Shown: positions 27,563 through 36,755, numbered from the stretch's first letter. The stretch: DNA of 64,000 bases from Deltaproteobacteria bacterium (GCA_020345765.1 CP070770.1:1130972-1194971), one strand, 5' to 3'. The notes: generated by a model not told the origin, from the letters alone. Translations and numbers: made by a program.

Positions 27563-29155
27563 ATGAGAGTTTTGATTGCTGCTCCCCCCTATCCCCTTGA
27601 GGAATCACCCGCACCGCCACTGGGTATCTCCTATGCCGCCGCTGCCTTCGAGGCGGCCGGGGCGGAAGTCAAGGTGATTGATTATATCGTATCCCGCTAT
27701 ACCCGGGAAAAATTGAAAAAGGAACTCGATACCTTCAGCCCGGATATCGTCGGGACCAACTCGGTCACGATGAACTTCCCGGCAGCCGTTGATATCATCC
27801 AAACTGCCAAAAGACATAATCCTTCCCTGATAACCATGATGGGTGGTCCCCATGTGTCGTTCGACGCCGTAAATACCCTGCAGAAATATCCCGAGATCGA
27901 TCTGCTCATGATCGGTGAGGGCGAGGGAACCATTATGGAGCTGGTGCCTTGCATCTCGGACCATCGCGATTGGGCAGGCATCAAGGGAATTACCTTCCGC
28001 CGGAACGGTGAGTTTGTGGTTACCGAACAAAGAGGGCTGATCGATGACCTTGATTCCCTCCCCTTACCGGCCCGGCACCTGCTACCCCTGTCCCGCTATC
28101 TTGCCCTCGGCTTTCCGGTCAGCATTATCACCAGCCGTGGATGTCCGCATTCATGCATCTTCTGCCTGGGAAGGCGTATGCTGGGAAACGGGAGCCGTTA
28201 CCGGAAACCCTCCCTCGTTGTCGACGAGATCGAACAGGTCCTCTCCTACGGCTTTCCCTGGATCAATATTACCGATGATCTTTTTACCTCCAGCAAGCCA
28301 AGGGTCCGCGAGATCTGCGAAGAGATCCGCCGCCGGAGACTTAATTTCTCCTGGAGCGCTTTTTCGCGGTGCAATAATGTTGACCGGGAGACCTTCGAAC
28401 TCATGCACAGTGCGGGATGCAACAGCGTCAGCTTCGGTATCGAATCCGGTAACCCGGAAATGCTTAAACGAATCAGGAAGGGGATAACCCCCGATCTTGC
28501 AAGGAAGGCGATCAGCGCCTGCCGGGAGGCAGGGATCACTCCCCATGCATCATTTATGGTAGGCCTCCCCGGGGAATCACCGGAAACCCTCAGGAATACC
28601 GCGGAGCTGGCAAAGAGCCTCGATATTCTGCACGGATATCATTTTCTGGCACCATTCCCCGGCACTACCGTGCGGGAGGAGATCGATAAATACGACCTTG
28701 AGATCCTGACCGACGACTGGGCCCAATATGATGCAAACCGCGCCATCGTGAGAACATCAAAGCTTTTCCCTGAAGACCTGGAGCGATTCGTCGCCGAGTA
28801 TGAAAATGAAATGAACGAGGCCTGGGAGGATCTGGTTCAGGGCTATCGGGAAAAGACCAATCTGCCGGAAGACGACCTCAAGGTAGAGGCACATTTCCGG
28901 CTTCAGCTCGTCTACCGGCTGCTGTCCGAGGATATAATTGAAACCTGTGGCTCTTTTCAGGTAAACAATCCCGGGTCTAACCCCGGTGACCCGGTCGATA
29001 TTCTCTGCCGGAAGATTGCGGAGGCAACCGGTTTCGATACCACCTTGGTTAATAAAACGATCAAAAGGTTTGTTGACTCCGGTTACCTCAAGTCAAGATC
29101 GGCAGAAGAAAATATTGTCTGGTACTGGACCCACAACCACCAGGTCGACTCTTAG
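27563..29155 (+). CDS. B12-binding-domain radical SAM enzyme
   Basis: 530 aa. N-terminal cobalamin-type domain. 'SRGCPHSCIFCLG' CxxxCxxC. Confidence 0.9.
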   Translation: MRVLIAAPPYPLEESPAPPLGISYAAAAFEAAGAEVKVIDYIVSRYTREKLKKELDTFSPDIVGTNSVTMNFPAAVDIIQTAKRHNPSLITMMGGPHVSFDAVNTLQKYPEIDLLMIGEGEGTIMELVPCISDHRDWAGIKGITFRRNGEFVVTEQRGLIDDLDSLPLPARHLLPLSRYLALGFPVSIITSRGCPHSCIFCLGRRMLGNGSRYRKPSLVVDEIEQVLSYGFPWINITDDLFTSSKPRVREICEEIRRRRLNFSWSAFSRCNNVDRETFELMHSAGCNSVSFGIESGNPEMLKRIRKGITPDLARKAISACREAGITPHASFMVGLPGESPETLRNTAELAKSLDILHGYHFLAPFPGTTVREEIDKYDLEILTDDWAQYDANRAIVRTSKLFPEDLERFVAEYENEMNEAWEDLVQGYREKTNLPEDDLKVEAHFRLQLVYRLLSEDIIETCGSFQVNNPGSNPGDPVDILCRKIAEATGFDTTLVNKTIKRFVDSGYLKSRSAEENIVWYWTHNHQVDS

Positions 29156-29160
29156 GGCCT

Positions 29161-29200
29161 CCGGCAGAAATAAGCGGCTGCGGACTTTCTCTTTTTCTAG
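29161..29200 (+). terminator. weak candidate intrinsic terminator after the B12-radical-SAM gene
   Basis: ccg(g)cag-N10-ctgcgg imperfect 6-bp stem, followed by the T-rich ctttctctttttct. Confidence 0.3.
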
Positions 29201-29317
29201 GCAAAGTACGGATCTATAGAATATTTAGGAGATTTCTGTCCCTATCTTCTTGATTTTTTAAGATAAAAATAGGATAATCAAAAAGGTGGTTGATTCTTAA
29301 ATTGAAGTGAGAAGCTG

Positions 29318-29599
29318 ATGGCAAAGAGGAAAAAAGGGACTAATAGATCTCGTCGACCAACCGGGAGAGCAACCTTTGATGAGATGGGATCTGAGAACAT
29401 CAATAAGGTTAAGGAGAAAGTTAGTGATTATAAGATTAGAAGCCCAATACAGGAAGCAATTGATTTCGGAATTGATGTTACCTTGTTATATGACACTCTC
29501 ACCTTAACTCCAACTGAAAGAATAGAATTGCACCAAAGAATGCTGGAAACAGCAGAAGAATTGAGAAAAGCCGGTAAAAGAAAGAATGCTAGATCTTAA
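29318..29599 (+). CDS. small hypothetical protein (putative partner of the downstream nucleotidyltransferase-fold protein)
   Basis: 93 aa. Basic N-terminus, 'LTLTPTERIELHQRMLE' C-terminal helix. Overlaps the next gene by 14 nt. Confidence 0.5.
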   Translation: MAKRKKGTNRSRRPTGRATFDEMGSENINKVKEKVSDYKIRSPIQEAIDFGIDVTLLYDTLTLTPTERIELHQRMLETAEELRKAGKRKNARS

Positions 29600-30086
29600 G
29601 GAAATATTGACAACATTAAGAAATAATAATGTTCATTTCGTCCTGATCGGCGGTCAGGCAGCTGTTATTCAGGGATCGGCATATTTGACTCGAGATGTAG
29701 ATATCTGTTATGCAAGAGATAAAGAAAATTTAGAGAATATTGTAAGAGCCCTTGCGCCTTTTCACCCATACCTAAGAGGCGCACCCAAGGACTTACCTTT
29801 TATTTTTGATGCCAAAACATTACATTTAGGGCTGAATTTTACATTTTCAACAGATATCGGAGATATTGATTTGATCGGAGAAGTCAAAGGTATCGGCAAT
29901 TATAACGACGTTCTAAACTACTCCGAGACCTTAGAAATTTACGAAATGCCCTGTGATGTTCTAAAAATAGAGGGGCTGATAAGGTCAAAAAAAGCAGTTG
30001 GGCGTCAAAAAGACCAGATTCACGTCAAAGAATTAGAGGCGCTCCGGGAAATACGTAAACAGCATGAGGAAAAGAAAAATATCTGA
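29586..30086 (+). CDS. nucleotidyltransferase-fold (Pol-beta-like) protein
   Basis: 166 aa. 'FVLIGGQAAVIQGSAYLTRDVDICY' (G-G/S ... D-x-D pattern). Confidence 0.62.
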   Translation: MLDLKEILTTLRNNNVHFVLIGGQAAVIQGSAYLTRDVDICYARDKENLENIVRALAPFHPYLRGAPKDLPFIFDAKTLHLGLNFTFSTDIGDIDLIGEVKGIGNYNDVLNYSETLEIYEMPCDVLKIEGLIRSKKAVGRQKDQIHVKELEALREIRKQHEEKKNI

Positions 30087-30115
30087 AAATAAGATTAACT
30101 TAAAAGGATACCGGA

Positions 30116-30781
30116 TCAGCCGAGCTCGCGCCACCTTTTTCTTGCCGTCTCCGTTATGTCCCCACCCGCAACCTTTTTTAGTATCCCTAGCGTATTGACC
30201 ATGGGCAACTCCTGAAAGAGACCGGAGGAGAGGGCCAGGTTATAAACGCAGTACGGGGCCTGTCCCCCCTGGGCAGGGTCGGAGAAAATATCATGGATCG
30301 CAAGGAACCCGCCGGGGATGAGATGGGGGGTCCAGCTGTTATAATCCGTAAAGACCGCCTCAAATGTATGACCGCCGTCGATGAAGACCATGCCGAGTGG
30401 AGTTGCCCAGGATCGGGCAACTACTTCTGACTTAGAGACAATCATGACCACCGTGTTTTCCAGTAATAGATCATTGATGGTTTTCCTGAATATCCCGAAG
30501 GTATCGATCAGTCCCGTCTCTTTATCGAGAAGCTCCGGATCAAAGTATTCCTGCCCGGGCTGTTGCTCTTCCGAGCCCCGGTGATGGTCGATGGAGAAAA
30601 GGACCGCGCCGTTCTCCTTACAGCCCATTCCCAGATAGGCGGATGATTTTCCGCAGTAACTGCCAATTTCCAGACAGGGGCCGAGCCTGTTTGCTTCTTT
30701 CGCCAGCTCATAAAGGCGAATGGCCTCGTCATCTTCCAGGAAACCCTTAAAAGACCTCGATTTCACATCCTCAATATCCAT
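30116..30781 (-). CDS. class I SAM-dependent methyltransferase
   Basis: 221 aa. 'CLEIGSYCGKSS' motif I and 'FIDGGHTFEAV...GGFLAIHD'. Confidence 0.8.
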   Translation of the reverse strand: MDIEDVKSRSFKGFLEDDEAIRLYELAKEANRLGPCLEIGSYCGKSSAYLGMGCKENGAVLFSIDHHRGSEEQQPGQEYFDPELLDKETGLIDTFGIFRKTINDLLLENTVVMIVSKSEVVARSWATPLGMVFIDGGHTFEAVFTDYNSWTPHLIPGGFLAIHDIFSDPAQGGQAPYCVYNLALSSGLFQELPMVNTLGILKKVAGGDITETARKRWRELG

Positions 30782-31011
30782 ACCCGCTTAGCCTTTCTTT
30801 ATCTAAGTTTTTTAAATCGAGATTTATAGACTACCAATTTCCGGGAATAGTCGTACAACAGAGATGGAAATGAATTTTCTTTAATTGCAGGAATATCTAT
30901 TTTCGATAATTAGTATGGGCAATCTCGGCACTTCGTCAGGCTCTGACCCAGTTTTTACTTGATTAATGCTCACTAACCATCTTGGTAATTCCGAGAGATT
31001 GCAGTGGTTTT

Positions 31012-31662
31012 TTATCTTCCTGAAGGTTCCTCGTAGTAAGGACCCGGAGGGAAACCAGACCCAGGATATTTAAGAGCTTTTTTATTCGCCTCTCTGGCTA
31101 AGGGGATATAATTCGGTTTTGCTTTTTCTACGGCCGCAGTAACTGCCGCAGCAATAAGATCTCCAAGTAAACTGCCGGTATTCGTTGATTGTGGTTCATA
31201 CGTCATTATTGCCCTTTCTTCCCAGAGGGTTTCACCCGTTTTCCCGTCTTTTATGATATAAGTTAGCTCCACCGTCACTATGGTTGACAAAACCAAATAT
31301 TGTGCATCCCAACGCTCGATAATGATATAGAGAACAGCATCGGCCCCGAAGAGCTCACAGAGCTTAGACGTCGGTGCGTTATGTACCAGATCTGCATCAG
31401 ACAAACCGTCATCTTCCAAAACACGTTTAACTAAGTTTACCGGGAATACATAATAACCACGTTCCGCTACCGGAATCGGTGTCGTAGTAAGGAAATAATC
31501 AGGGGCTGTGACTTCAACACTTCTATTTACAACCGGAACTATTAAAATTGAACGCGGACTGGCAGCATTGAATTTCGTATAATCCTTATCCTTATGAGTC
31601 ACGGCACATCCTGTGGCAATCGAAAGCGCTAAAACTATCAGAAATATTTTGGGATTCGCCAT
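31012..31662 (-). CDS. lipoprotein, DUF799/GNA1162-like
   Basis: 216 aa. 'LALSIATGC' lipobox. 'ILIVPVVNRS...' fold pattern. Last gene of the CsgG-like operon. Confidence 0.72.
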   Translation of the reverse strand: MANPKIFLIVLALSIATGCAVTHKDKDYTKFNAASPRSILIVPVVNRSVEVTAPDYFLTTTPIPVAERGYYVFPVNLVKRVLEDDGLSDADLVHNAPTSKLCELFGADAVLYIIIERWDAQYLVLSTIVTVELTYIIKDGKTGETLWEERAIMTYEPQSTNTGSLLGDLIAAAVTAAVEKAKPNYIPLAREANKKALKYPGSGFPPGPYYEEPSGR

Positions 31663-31663
31663 A

Positions 31664-32059
31664 CTATTCCTCAGATTTATTATCTTCGGGCGGTAAACTT
31701 TCCCTCGCTCTCTCGCTAAGAAACTTGGCGTTTCTAATCATTTTCGCCATAAGGATACGAGATTCCGGCCATTTATCGTATTCTTTTTGAAAGTAAGCTA
31801 CTGCTTCCGTAAAATTACCCTCCTCATACTGAGCATATCCATACTCCGCATATATTCCAGGCGGCACTCTACCTGACTCCTCAGCTTTTAGAATCGTTTC
31901 TTCCAGCGCCTCAATAAACTTAGCTCTTTCTGTTGGATTCTTATAATATTCGTATAAAGTGTTGTCATAATTATTCCAGACATAAAGATTTTGGGCACAG
32001 GCCGGTAATGTAAATGTAACCAGAACTAAAAAAATTAATATTATCCTCAAATCCTGCAC
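31664..32059 (-). CDS. lipoprotein, DUF4810-like
   Basis: 131 aa. 'TFTLPAC' lipobox. 'VPPGIYAEYGYAQYEEGNFTEAVAYFQKE...WPES'. Confidence 0.68.
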   Translation of the reverse strand: MQDLRIILIFLVLVTFTLPACAQNLYVWNNYDNTLYEYYKNPTERAKFIEALEETILKAEESGRVPPGIYAEYGYAQYEEGNFTEAVAYFQKEYDKWPESRILMAKMIRNAKFLSERARESLPPEDNKSEE

Positions 32060-32071
32060 TAATAGCCCGAA

Positions 32072-32377
32072 TCAATGACCTACAATAATCGTTTTTAATT
32101 CACTTTCAACGAATATCTCTTGCTTGTGGATTACCTCACCGCTTACATCTCTTATTACTATTAAGTGTATGCCTGGCTCAATCTTTAAAATATTGGGGTG
32201 GCCGTTGTAACTATTAGCCATTCCAATCCTAAGACCGTCAACATACAGCTCAGCTCCTTCAGGAGCCCCTTCTACTGCAATGCTGGGACGCGTATCCACC
32301 GTCTTGACAGTTGTCGCCGGCATAGTACAGCTTACTATTATAGTTAATAATACCAACAAGAGTAATAACTTCTTCAT
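32072..32377 (-). CDS. small lipoprotein with PEGA-like domain
   Basis: 101 aa. 'TIIVSC' lipobox. 'AELYVDGLRIG...LKIEPGIHLIVIRD'. Confidence 0.6.
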   Translation of the reverse strand: MKKLLLLLVLLTIIVSCTMPATTVKTVDTRPSIAVEGAPEGAELYVDGLRIGMANSYNGHPNILKIEPGIHLIVIRDVSGEVIHKQEIFVESELKTIIVGH

Positions 32378-33351
32378 TTCTCACCCACCTCAGTTACATA
32401 AAGTTTTTTTATCTCTGCTTCGGGTATGTTGCCCGCAGTCAATTCGCAGACCGAGCCCTCATTAATTTCGGAATCGCCGAACAAACTGACAACTCGCAAT
32501 GTTGCTATCTGTTTTGGAGGAAGCTCTATCGGAAAACCGGTTCTCTTACTATCAACAGTCTGACCTGGTTCCATAACCTGTAATACATCACCAACTTCTA
32601 ATCCTTGTCTTTCTCCCCCACTTATATATATTTGCTTGTCTTGTATCTCTAATATCTCCGTCCGCCAGGGGCGTTCTTCAAGGGTTGAAATTAACTTATC
32701 AATCATATCAGATATAGCCGCGGCTATGGCACGGTCATTTAAGGTTGCATCGTAAGCGGCATAGCTTCCAAATCCAGCGATTGCGCCCGATTCCGTACTT
32801 GCCTCCCCAGCACCAACTGCAGAGAAAAATGCATGTCCAGTATGTACATCCACGAGGCGAATGTCAACTTTAGCATGAGCCGATTGTACTTTCGTCTTAC
32901 TAAGAAATCCACGCTTGCCGCCTACTGATCTGCCAAACTCAGTAACAGACCCCACAATCAATACGTCAACTCCTATTAATTTTGAGTCACCGGCAAGATT
33001 TTGCTCACGCTCAATTTTTTTCAGGTCCGGTCGCTCAAAAACCAGGAATTTTCCAGATTTAATTAATCGACTAGCAAGCATGTCAGAGGCTTGTTTACCG
33101 ATGCGATCCAGGTCTTCGTCACTCATTAACGAACGTCCGTAGTTGGTCTCATTAGTGAACCTGGCAATAGCAATTTTTCGTTTATAACTTTTAGCTTCGG
33201 GAATGCTTAGCTCTTTTTGGGCTGCTATTTGTTCGGGTTTCGATACCGGGGCTTCAACTTCAACCGGTTTTTCCGAAACAGTTGCACATCCAGCAAGAAT
33301 TGCTAACGGCACGATGATTACTAACTTACAGTTTACCATTTTAGACCTCAT
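32374..33351 (-). CDS. CsgG/HfaB-family lipoprotein (curli-type secretion channel homologue) with C-terminal extension
   Basis: 325 aa. 'LAILAGC' lipobox. 'KIAIARFTNETNYGR...ASRLIKSGKFLVFERPDLKKIEREQ' CsgG core. About 90 extra C-terminal residues. Confidence 0.85.
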   Translation of the reverse strand: MRSKMVNCKLVIIVPLAILAGCATVSEKPVEVEAPVSKPEQIAAQKELSIPEAKSYKRKIAIARFTNETNYGRSLMSDEDLDRIGKQASDMLASRLIKSGKFLVFERPDLKKIEREQNLAGDSKLIGVDVLIVGSVTEFGRSVGGKRGFLSKTKVQSAHAKVDIRLVDVHTGHAFFSAVGAGEASTESGAIAGFGSYAAYDATLNDRAIAAAISDMIDKLISTLEERPWRTEILEIQDKQIYISGGERQGLEVGDVLQVMEPGQTVDSKRTGFPIELPPKQIATLRVVSLFGDSEINEGSVCELTAGNIPEAEIKKLYVTEVGEK

Positions 33352-33551
33352 AACATTTCAGATTTCTTAAGTTAAGAACGGTGGTGAGCTAATATAATCT
33401 CTAATTATTTTTAAACCAATATGGTCTGTCTGTCAAGCTATTTTGATGGGAAGAGATCCCGTACTATTAGAGGTATATATGGGGTAAGTAATTCAGACAA
33501 TCTTGCCGTTATGTATTATGTGGTTGAGTAAAGTTCCGACTTCTATTATCC

Positions 33552-33800
33552 TTAAATATGATCCGGTTTGTATCCATTCTCAGCCGGGCCGCCTAATTTT
33601 TCCATTGCTGCTTTGATGTATCTGCTTATCTCTTCCGAGAGTTGAATAACCTTCCTTAAATTCTCCGCTACCTCCTCAAGCCCGGCCTCCTCTACTTTCG
33701 CCAGCCATTTTCTGTCTTCTTCGATGTGTTCCCTGTTATGCTTAAGCCAATGGGACATTATTATCCTTAATCTCTTCAGGTCTTCCTCTGGGGTAGCCAT
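33552..33800 (-). CDS. hypothetical helical protein
   Basis: 82 aa. Its start abuts the stop of the upstream CooT-like gene. No family recognised. Confidence 0.55.
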   Translation of the reverse strand: MATPEEDLKRLRIIMSHWLKHNREHIEEDRKWLAKVEEAGLEEVAENLRKVIQLSEEISRYIKAAMEKLGGPAENGYKPDHI

Positions 33801-34001
33801 CTATTCATCCCCCCTGTTCCTCAGGACCAAAAAATTTTCGGTAAGATTGACCTCCTTGATGAAATAACCTTCCAACTCCTTCTCTTCGCCGAAGATCGTG
33901 TTAATCCTGATAGTTCCGTTATCGTCAATAACCTTGGCGACCTCTTCCGCCACAAGATCACTTTCGTCCCTTTTTTTCAGATATACCCTGGAGAGACACA
34001 T
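33801..34001 (-). CDS. CooT-like small nickel-binding protein
   Basis: 66 aa. Begins 'MC'. Size and the '...TIFGEE...G..IKEVNL' pattern match CooT of CO-dehydrogenase maturation. Confidence 0.62.
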   Translation of the reverse strand: MCLSRVYLKKRDESDLVAEEVAKVIDDNGTIRINTIFGEEKELEGYFIKEVNLTENFLVLRNRGDE

Positions 34002-34030
34002 TTTCGCCTCCTACTTCAAATGAATTGCCA

Positions 34031-34378
34031 TCATTTATATGCCGTAACTTTCTCCTCCACTGCCTTTTCCGGCATGGCGCCGATAATACCGTCCACGTTC
34101 TCCCCATTTTTAAAGATAAGCAGAGTGGGAATAGACCTGATCCCGAACCGAGCTGCAACATCCTGGCTTTCATCCACATTCAGCTTACCGAAGACGATCT
34201 CTCCTTTATACTTGTTGGCCAGTTTATCCACTATCGGAGCAATCATCCGGCAGGGAACACACCACTCGGCCCAGCAGTCAACCACTAGAAGAGGATATTT
34301 AGTCAGTGCCTGGTCGAAGCACTTACTGTCTAAACTAATCGGGCTATCCGGTTTGTCCAAAAGCTCTTTTGTTCCCAT
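34031..34378 (-). CDS. trxA: thioredoxin
   Basis: 115 aa. 'VVDCWAEWCVPCRMIAP' active site (CVPC variant), 'FGIRSIPTLLIFKNGE'. Confidence 0.9.
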   Translation of the reverse strand: MGTKELLDKPDSPISLDSKCFDQALTKYPLLVVDCWAEWCVPCRMIAPIVDKLANKYKGEIVFGKLNVDESQDVAARFGIRSIPTLLIFKNGENVDGIIGAMPEKAVEEKVTAYK

Positions 34379-34409
34379 GCTTTCCTCCTCTTCAAATAAT
34401 CACCTTATG

Positions 34410-34646
34410 TTACTGAAATACCTCAACATCACTTAGCTCAAGCAGCTTAATCCCCCCAGCCTGGTTCAGAGGGGTATAGATCTGAAAATGCCCTGATTCG
34501 AAGGACAGCCCCCGGAAGATCCCCAGGGAATCCAGGCAGAAACCGTCACTGAGTAAACCTATTAACCTACCTATTAATACACCTTGAGAGATGATATGTA
34601 AAGAGCTTATTCCGAGGCGGGAAGAATCTATCCTCTGTTCAAACAT
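34410..34646 (-). CDS. possible small hypothetical protein
   Basis: 78 aa from the ATG. It exactly fills the gap between the SPL-like gene and trx on the same strand, with aggaaaagg upstream. No recognisable motif. Confidence 0.3.
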   Translation of the reverse strand: MFEQRIDSSRLGISSLHIISQGVLIGRLIGLLSDGFCLDSLGIFRGLSFESGHFQIYTPLNQAGGIKLLELSDVEVFQ

Positions 34647-34667
34647 CAAACCTTTTCCTGGGATCAG

Positions 34668-35753
34668 CTATCCGAATAGAAAATCGAGGCTTCTTTCGGT
34701 ATCCGGGGTATACCCAAACACCCTCTCCCACACCTCTTTGGTTTCCATGCAGAGATAAACCGGGATCTTCGGACAGAAGCCCTTGATCCGATCAAGCAGT
34801 TTCCGGTAAGCCTCTACCCGGATGTGCTTGAGATAGCGCAGCTTCCCGTCGGCGCAAGGGACAAACTCGCCGCAGAGGATCTTGCTTCGGGGGAACCTTC
34901 TCCTGATAATCCGCTTCAGCAAGGGATAGTAGCGGAATCCTCCCAGGCTGATCCAGCTTACCCGGAGGGGGTCGACCACGGCAAATAGTTGATCGACAAC
35001 CCCCCGGTACTCTTTCTCCCAATCCGGGTAGATAATAATCGGGTCGAAATGAAAGCCCAATTGGTATCCGGCATCCTGACACCTCCGGGCGGCCTTCAAC
35101 CTCCGGGCAAGGGATGGGGTTTCTGCCTCGTCCTCGTCGATCACCCGTTGGGGACTGAGAGACCAGGAGACAATCACCCGGTCTCCGTGATCCAGTCCGA
35201 TAAGATTATCGACCAGATCGGTCTTGGTCTTCAGCTCCAGCACGGCATTTTTTTGCCGGGCAAAGAAGGGGACGATGTCTCTGGTGAACCCGGTAATGTT
35301 ATCGAGGACCAGGCTGTCGGCCAGCTCCCCGGTTCCGAGACGATAACTGCGCTCCCGGTTGGCATCCAAAAACCGTGTAATCTCATTTAACATATCCCCG
35401 GTATTGGCAAAAACCCTCATCAGGGGATTATTCTCCAGGTATCCCTGGAGAGCACAGTAGCTGCATTCCAGGGGACAGTTCGTGGCAGCATTGATTACAT
35501 AATAATTGCAGCAGATATGGATCTTGGTGCCCGGGCACTTTTTTACGAATGTGCCCGGGTGATTTGTTATCAGAAGTAGCTTCTTTCCGTCGCTAATGGG
35601 ATCCTGCGCTTTCGCTACCCTGCCCAACGCATCCTGAGGGTCTTCGATATATTCTACTGGCACCCCGGGAAGGTTCCCCAGGATCACCCGGGTCAGCTCC
35701 TTATCCTGCGCCTCTTTCTCGATAAAAATAGTCTCCGGACGATATTGTTCCAT
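34668..35753 (-). CDS. spore-photoproduct-lyase-family radical SAM enzyme
   Basis: 361 aa. 'KCPGTKIHICCNYYVINAATNCPLECSYCALQGY' matches the SplB-type architecture and carries a CxxxCxxC motif. Confidence 0.85.
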   Translation of the reverse strand: MEQYRPETIFIEKEAQDKELTRVILGNLPGVPVEYIEDPQDALGRVAKAQDPISDGKKLLLITNHPGTFVKKCPGTKIHICCNYYVINAATNCPLECSYCALQGYLENNPLMRVFANTGDMLNEITRFLDANRERSYRLGTGELADSLVLDNITGFTRDIVPFFARQKNAVLELKTKTDLVDNLIGLDHGDRVIVSWSLSPQRVIDEDEAETPSLARRLKAARRCQDAGYQLGFHFDPIIIYPDWEKEYRGVVDQLFAVVDPLRVSWISLGGFRYYPLLKRIIRRRFPRSKILCGEFVPCADGKLRYLKHIRVEAYRKLLDRIKGFCPKIPVYLCMETKEVWERVFGYTPDTERSLDFLFG

Positions 35754-35768
35754 AAATACTGACCTGAC

Positions 35769-36749
35769 TCAAATTATCTTCAAAATTTCTTTTATTTCCG
35801 GGGACTTAGAGAGTTCTAACAACCTCTCGGCCACCTTCTTAAGTTTCTTAGGATCACGGAATTGAAACTCTACCTTGAGCTCGTCCCCCTCAAAGTAGGG
35901 AGGGGGTGAAATCTTTAGCTCAGGAGGAAGATGCATTTGCTTTAATCCCTCCTCCACCTGTGCCTCAATCCCGGTCAACTGCGGATACCTCTTTTTTCTG
36001 AGGATATACCTGATTAACTCGACCTTCCTCGGCCGGGCGATCCCCTCATCATCGAGAACCGCCTCAATCTCACGATCACCAAGAAGTCCCTTAATCGGTA
36101 CCCCGTCCCGTTGCGAGGTCTCTTCCAGAAAATTAAGGAATTCCATTATCCGGTTCACGCCGAGATTCAGCCGGGAGATCAGCCGGAAGCTTGCCTGCCT
36201 GTCCTCCGGAGACAGTGTAAGTAACCGGGAGGGAACCCGAACCGGAAGATCCCTTTGGACGACATATTCCTTGATCTCCTCTTCCAGTTCAATCACTGGT
36301 AGATACTGGTGGAAAATTGCCTCCCCGGCCTCCAGGCCCAAAAGGGGGAGATACTCCCCGATAATCAGTGACTGGTCAAGACCAAATTGATTATGGAGCT
36401 TGCTTAAAACCATCGATCTCTCGATGTCGTTATAGTCACGGTGGCCCAGGTTTTCAAACAACCCCAACAAGAATCCCCCTTGATCACTGAGCTCCGCTTC
36501 GGGGTAAACCATGGCCTCGATTTTTTCAAAACCCAGCTCCCGGCAGGCCAATGCCCTCCGCAGGCCGCAGACTACCTGGTATTTTCCCGTTTTTTCCAGT
36601 TGCCGGACAATCAACGGCTGGATCAGGCCAATCCGGGCGATCGATTCCTTGATTCTCTCGCACTCAAGCGGATAGGTGGCGGAAAAGATCCTGTCTTCGA
36701 AATCGATCCTCTCGGTTTCCACCTTTTCCGGGTTTCTTCTCTTTAGCAT
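35769..36749 (-). CDS. ParB/Srx N-terminal-domain protein
   Basis: 326 aa. 'GLIQPLIVRQ...YQVVCGLRRALACRELG' ParB box. Uncharacterised helical C-terminal half. Confidence 0.8.
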   Translation of the reverse strand: MLKRRNPEKVETERIDFEDRIFSATYPLECERIKESIARIGLIQPLIVRQLEKTGKYQVVCGLRRALACRELGFEKIEAMVYPEAELSDQGGFLLGLFENLGHRDYNDIERSMVLSKLHNQFGLDQSLIIGEYLPLLGLEAGEAIFHQYLPVIELEEEIKEYVVQRDLPVRVPSRLLTLSPEDRQASFRLISRLNLGVNRIMEFLNFLEETSQRDGVPIKGLLGDREIEAVLDDEGIARPRKVELIRYILRKKRYPQLTGIEAQVEEGLKQMHLPPELKISPPPYFEGDELKVEFQFRDPKKLKKVAERLLELSKSPEIKEILKII

Positions 36750-36755
36750 AACCTC

